DNA of 64,000 nt from Catajapyx aquilonaris (Eukaryota): NCBI GenBank assembly GCA_000934665.2, contig JYFJ02001620.1, positions 1-64,000 of the forward strand, written 5' to 3'. The notes under the pieces were generated by a model. It had not been told where the DNA came from. It worked only from the letters and a program-made list of their open reading frames with translations, and did not search any database. Made by a program: the position numbers and the translations under genes. This document shows positions 62,234 through 64,000 of this stretch, one piece after another (positions within the stretch are counted from its first letter, which is position 1; each line of letters starts with the position of its first letter).

Positions 62234-64000
62234 TCAAAGCTTAGGTGTAATATTCCTCATTTGTCTTACTGCAGCCACCAACCGTGGAGGGAATCCCCTG
62301 GTAGCAGTGCCATAGTCATCAGGAGGTATTTTCAGCAGACCATTTAAGTTCTGCAAGTTGTCACTCAAGGAAAATCCTAGGTCATCCAGGATGTTCCCCA
62401 GGTAGTCTGAAATGATCAAGTGCCTATTACGATCATGTCATTACATTCGAGCACTACGCTCTGCTCTCAATTCAACCCTGGGAGGTCTGCCAGTGCTCAA
62501 GGTAATTTCCCAGTTCATAAATGTCACCTCAATCATTACCAAGATATATGTGTAATGATTAAACCAGATTTATGTGTTGCAAAAGTACAAAATCAGTTTT
62601 TACTATTGGATTGCACGAGACAGTTAAAATATAATGATAACAATTCCCAAAAACAAGCTGACGTAAAAAAATCCTCCTCATACCTATGTCTGTAGAAAAC
62701 TGTTTTGCATCCCCTGCATTCAGCTCTCGTATCCTCATCAGCTGCTCAGCATATGCTTGACACGTTGCTTTGGCTATGCCTCCAAGGAGCACCTCCCCTG
62801 GGCTGACACCACTTCCTACTCCAGCACCAAACTCGACGCCCAACACCTGCCCTGATCTGCAGGCCTCCTCGAAGGATCTGCTGAGTCCAGGATTGTCTGA
62901 AAGCACAAAGGGCTCCAGATGCTGTGGTAGCATCATAAGATACTGCCCCACTTGGGTGATGTACTCTTGTGGTGAGAAACTAAATGATGGAAGGTCCGCC
63001 AACACTCGGGAAGTGTCACCAACACGTGCTGCGAGTAAATCTAGCTGTGTCGATACTGGTGCAAATACAACTTCAATTGATGTACGAGTGATATCACCAC
63101 AAGTTTTGGACGCCCACTCAGAAACTTCGCCCAAAAATGACTCCTCGTTTCGTACTCTGGCTATGAATTTTTGTAAACTGGTCACTTTTTCTGGCCTTAG
63201 CAAGACCTCTGTCATATCAATTGAATCCAACTTGGCAACAATGATGCGGTCCACTGCTTCAATCTGGGCAGCCATTTCTCCAGAACATTGCATAAAGCTC
63301 AGGCACTGTTGGAACAGCACCCAGTCCTCTTCACGCCGTTGTCTCTCCAGCTGCCTCAAAACAATCTTGTACTTGTCAATGTAAGATCCGAGGTATGATT
63401 TCAGAGCATGATGCAGTCCCTCAGCACCAGATCCATCAGTGAAGCGCCAGCATCTAGCCACACTGTCTGCTATCACACCTGGCAACCGAGTCACTGAACG
63501 AGCCAACTCACGAATGGATTCACCTAGGTCTGACTTCACCAGCTTAGCTGCATTGCTCAAAAGGCACGCCTCTTCAATTGTGCCATACCGGCATACATAC
63601 AATACATATGGAGAGTACGTTGCTTTTGTAAACTCCATTTTTTCTGGGGTGCCTTCTTCCAAAAATGAGGACTCTGCTGCCTTATAGAAACGAGCTGAGT
63701 TGTCCTTGAGGTCACACAGGAATTGCAAGTGATCCTCTTGAGCCTGCTGCTTTAAGCCAGCTTCAATACAAAACTCCATTGTTGGGTCCAGGCTTGATAA
63801 TACATCTGTGTGTAACGCCACTAGCAGTGAAGCAGTTGCTGCGGAACCAAACACAGCCCCACACCATCTGGCCTGATCATGCCAGTTTGATAAGACATGA
63901 TCGTAAAACCGCGCAGACCAATCAAGAACACCAGCCTTCGCATCATCCTCTGACTCAACCAATTGTCGCCACCTATTCACCAGGGATGTTCGTTCGCATT
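62234..64000 (-). CDS. COG7: Conserved oligomeric Golgi complex subunit 7 (3' part; gene continues beyond the window)
   Basis: Exon 62684->64000 contains EDWVLFQQCL and LPSFSFSPQEYITQVGQYLMMLPQHLEPF. Last exon 62234-62406 gives DYLGNILDDLG...VRQMRNITPKL*. Confidence 0.92.

Noticed and set aside
62770..63687. Long + strand ORFs opposite COG7 (likewise opposite the transferrin and neuroglian exons)
   Set aside because: Antisense shadows of real coding exons.

Overview
Eukaryotic, intron-rich genomic DNA, very probably from an arthropod (the transferrins are of the insect/crustacean Tsf1 type and many introns are only 60-100 nt); the species cannot be determined from the sequence. Left to right: a divergent orphan 7TM receptor (+), POLD4 (-), then a minus-strand tandem array of six two-lobed transferrin paralogs (here Tf-A to Tf-F, 9.9-60.8 kb), and the 3' part of COG7 (-). 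All gene models were spliced and translated by hand. The paralogs have diverged in a patterned way. Tf-D keeps a complete iron/carbonate ligand set and has a GPI-like tail. Tf-A, B and C are GPI-like but have lost most iron ligands and share replacement motifs. Tf-E and F are secreted and keep only a more or less intact N-lobe. Between Tf-D and Tf-E lies an intact 762-aa secreted neuroglian/L1-derived gene (signal peptide, 2 Ig, 5 FN3, no TM or cytoplasmic tail). The most striking observation is that this protein and Tf-E, otherwise unrelated, end in the same Cys-containing peptide (LxLxxCAxLxxxxxQKPx[ED][FY]C; 9/21 identical, ungapped, mostly synonymous codon differences) and have similar signal-peptide exons. 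This suggests a chimeric gene and a shared C-terminal partnering or sorting tag, possibly in an immune-inducible secreted complex (the Tf-E promoter has kappaB and STAT motifs).
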